Assembly (NCBI RefSeq): GCF_016433145.1
Contig: NC_058133.1
Location: 246,778,201 to 246,841,389, forward strand
Length of the DNA: 63,189 nucleotides
From: Gracilinanus agilis
Taxonomy: Eukaryota
Direction: 5' to 3'
This document shows positions 60,603 through 63,189 of the stretch, one piece after another. The position numbers and the translations under genes are program-made. Numbering within the stretch: position 1 is the first letter of the stretch; each line of letters starts with the position of its first letter. A model generated the notes under the pieces. The model saw only the letters and a program-made list of their open reading frames with translations, ran no database searches and was not told the DNA's origin.

Positions 60603-63189
60603 ATGTCAGCGAATGCACAGCTGATAATTATAATGCTGAATGTGAATGGGATGAACTCTCACATAAAACAGAAGCAAATAGCAGAGTGGATTAGAAACCA
60701 AAATCCCACCATATGTTGTCTACAAGAAACACATATGAGGCGGGGGGACATACACAAGTTTAAGGTTCAGGGCTTGAACAAAATCTTTTGGGGGTCAAAT
60801 GAGAAAAAGAAGGCAGGAGTGGCTATTATGATTTCTGGCAAAGCCAAAGTAAAAATAGATATGATTAAAAAAGACAGGGAAGGTCATTACATCCTGATTA
60901 AAGGCAGTATAAACAATGAGGAAATAACACTGCTCAATATATATGCACCAAGTGGTATAGCATCCAAATTCATAAAGGAGAAACTGGCAGAGCTCAAGAA
61001 GGAAATAGATAATAAAATCATAATAGTGGGAGATCTAAATATTTCTCTTTCAGATCTAGATAAATCAAACCAAAAAATAAATAAGAAAGAGGTAAGACTG
61101 GTGAATGAAGTCCTAGAAAAATTAGATTTAATTGATATGTAGAGAAAAATAAATAGGGACAAAAAGGAATACACCTTCTTTTCAGCTGCACGTGGTACAT
61201 TCACAAAGATTGACCATGTAATAGGGCATAGAATCATTGCAAACAAATGCAAAAGAGCAGAAATAATAAATGTAACCTTCTCAGATCATAATGCAATAAA
61301 AATAACAATTAGTAAGGGCACCTGGACAGGCAAATCAAAAACTAATTGGAAATTAAATAATATGATTCTCCAAAACCAATTTGTCAAAGAAGAAATCATA
61401 GAAACAATCAACAATTTCATTGAAGAAAAGAAGCTGATACTTTGAAAAAACAGATAAAATAGACAAAGTACTGGTCAATCTAATAAAAAAAAAGGAAAGA
61501 AGAAAACCAAATTGACAGTATCAAAGATGAAAAGGGAGACCTCACCTCTACTGTAGGGGAAATTAAGGCAATCATTAAAAACTATTTCGCCCAACTATAT
61601 GGCAATAGATATAACAATTTAGGAGATATGGATGAATATTTACAAAAATATAAACTGCCTAGATTAACAGCAGAAGAAATAGAATACCTTAATAATCCCA
61701 TATCAGAAAAAGAAATTGAACAAGCCATCAAAGAACTCCCCAAGAAAAAATCTCCAGGGCCTGACGGATTCACAAGTGAATTCTATCAGACATTCAAAGA
61801 GCAACTAATTCCAATACTATACAAATTATTTGATATGATAAGCAAAGAAGGAGTCCTACCAAATTCCTTTTATGACACAAATATGGTACTAATCCCAAAG
61901 CCAGGGAGATCAAAAACAGAGAAAGAAAACTACAGACCAATCTCCCTAATGAACATAGATGCAAAAATCTTAAATAGAATACTAGCAAAGAGACTCCAGC
62001 AAGTAATTAAGAAGATCATCCACCATGATCAGGTGGGATTTATACGAGGAGTGCAAGGATAGTTCAACATTAGGAAAACCATCCACATAATTGACCATAT
62101 CAATAGTCTATCAAACAAAAATCACATGATTATCTCAATAGATGCTGAAAAAGCCTTTGACAAAATACAGCATCCATTCCTATTGAAAACATTGAAAAGT
62201 ATAGGAATAGAAGGACCTTTCCTAAAAATAATAAACAGTACATACCTAAAACCATCAACAAGCATTATATGCAATGGGGATAAATTAGAAGCCTTCCCAA
62301 TAAGATCAGGAGTGAAACAAGGATGCCCATTATCACCTCTATTATTCAACATAGTACTAGAAACACTAGCAGTAGCAATTAGAGAAGAAAATGAAATCAA
62401 AGGTATCAAAATAGACAAGAAGGAGACTAAGCTATCACTCTTCGCAGACGATATGATGGTCTACTTAAAAAATCCTAGAGAATCAACTAAGAAGCTTGTA
62501 GAGATAATCAACAACTTTAGCAAAGTTGCAGGATACAAAATAAATGCACATAAATCATCAGCATTTCTATACATTTCCAACACATTAGAACAGCAAGAGG
62601 TAGAAAGAGAAACACCATTTAAAATTACCTAGACAATATAAAATACTTAGGAATCTATCTACCAAAACAAGCACAGCAATTATACGAAAACAACTACAAA
62701 ACACTTTCCAAACAAATAAAATTGGATCTCAACAATTGGAAAGCCATTGGTTGCTCATGGGTAGGACGAGCTAACATAATAAAAATGGCCATTCTACCCA
62801 AATTAATTTACCTATTTAGCGCCATACCTATCAAACTACCAAAAAACTTCTTTACTGAATTAGGAAAAACTATAACAAATTTCATTTGGAATAACAAAAG
62901 ATCAAGAATATCAAGGGAAATAATGAAAAAAATGTGAAGGAAGGGGGCCTAGCAGTACCAGATATTAAACTATACTATAAAGCAGCAGTCATCAAAACAA
63001 TATGGTACTGGCTAAGAGACAGAGAGGAGGATCAGTGGAACAGACTTGGGGTAAATGATGTCAGCAAGACAGTGTATGATAAACCCAAAGAGCCCAACTT
63101 TTGGGACATGAATCCACTATTTGACAAAAACTGCTGGGAAATTTGGAAAACAATATGGGAGAGATTAGGTTTAGATCAACATCTCACAC
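60603..63189 (+). pseudogene. L1 ORF2 (endonuclease + RT) with stops, frameshifts and an internal deletion
   Basis: LNVNGMN, CCLQETH, IYAP, GDLN; SPGPDGF, YRPISL, FADDM; premature TAG 61140-61142; roughly 100 codons missing near 61430 between FIEE and the KSWFFEK-like motif. Confidence 0.92.

Larger units (their letters stand above)
58106..63189 (+). mobile_element. 5'-intact L1, disabled, extending beyond the window
   Basis: CpG-rich 5'UTR, ORF1, ~700-bp inter-ORF region, ORF2 with endonuclease and RT motifs. Confidence 0.97.

Overview
Eukaryotic (mammalian) genomic DNA. The SINE/L1 repertoire suggests a didelphid marsupial (inference). Gene content matches the histone-cluster/butyrophilin boundary of the extended MHC class I region. 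Intact genes: replication-dependent histones H3.2 (-), H2A (-) and H2B (+), each with a 3' stem-loop, and a 7-coding-exon BTN2A-family butyrophilin (+; signal peptide, IgV, IgC, TM, two heptad mini-exons, B30.2; 527 aa as modelled). Hidden between the intact genes I find decayed histone relics (psi-H2B beside intact H2A, psi-H2A beside intact H2B, psi-H3, possibly psi-H4) and relics of a multi-Ig butyrophilin on the minus strand (18.7-24.1 kb). Also present: an MHC-class-II-type S-X-X2-Y promoter module upstream of BTN2A, an unusual Ser/Thr/Pro-rich stalk in BTN2A, two TSD-flanked copies of a composite dimeric SINE, a perfect 44-bp palindrome, two hAT MITEs, a 5'-deleted class I ERV nested in a SINE nested in L2, and a 5'-intact but disabled L1 running off the right end. 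All alignments were done by eye, so relic and repeat boundaries are approximate.
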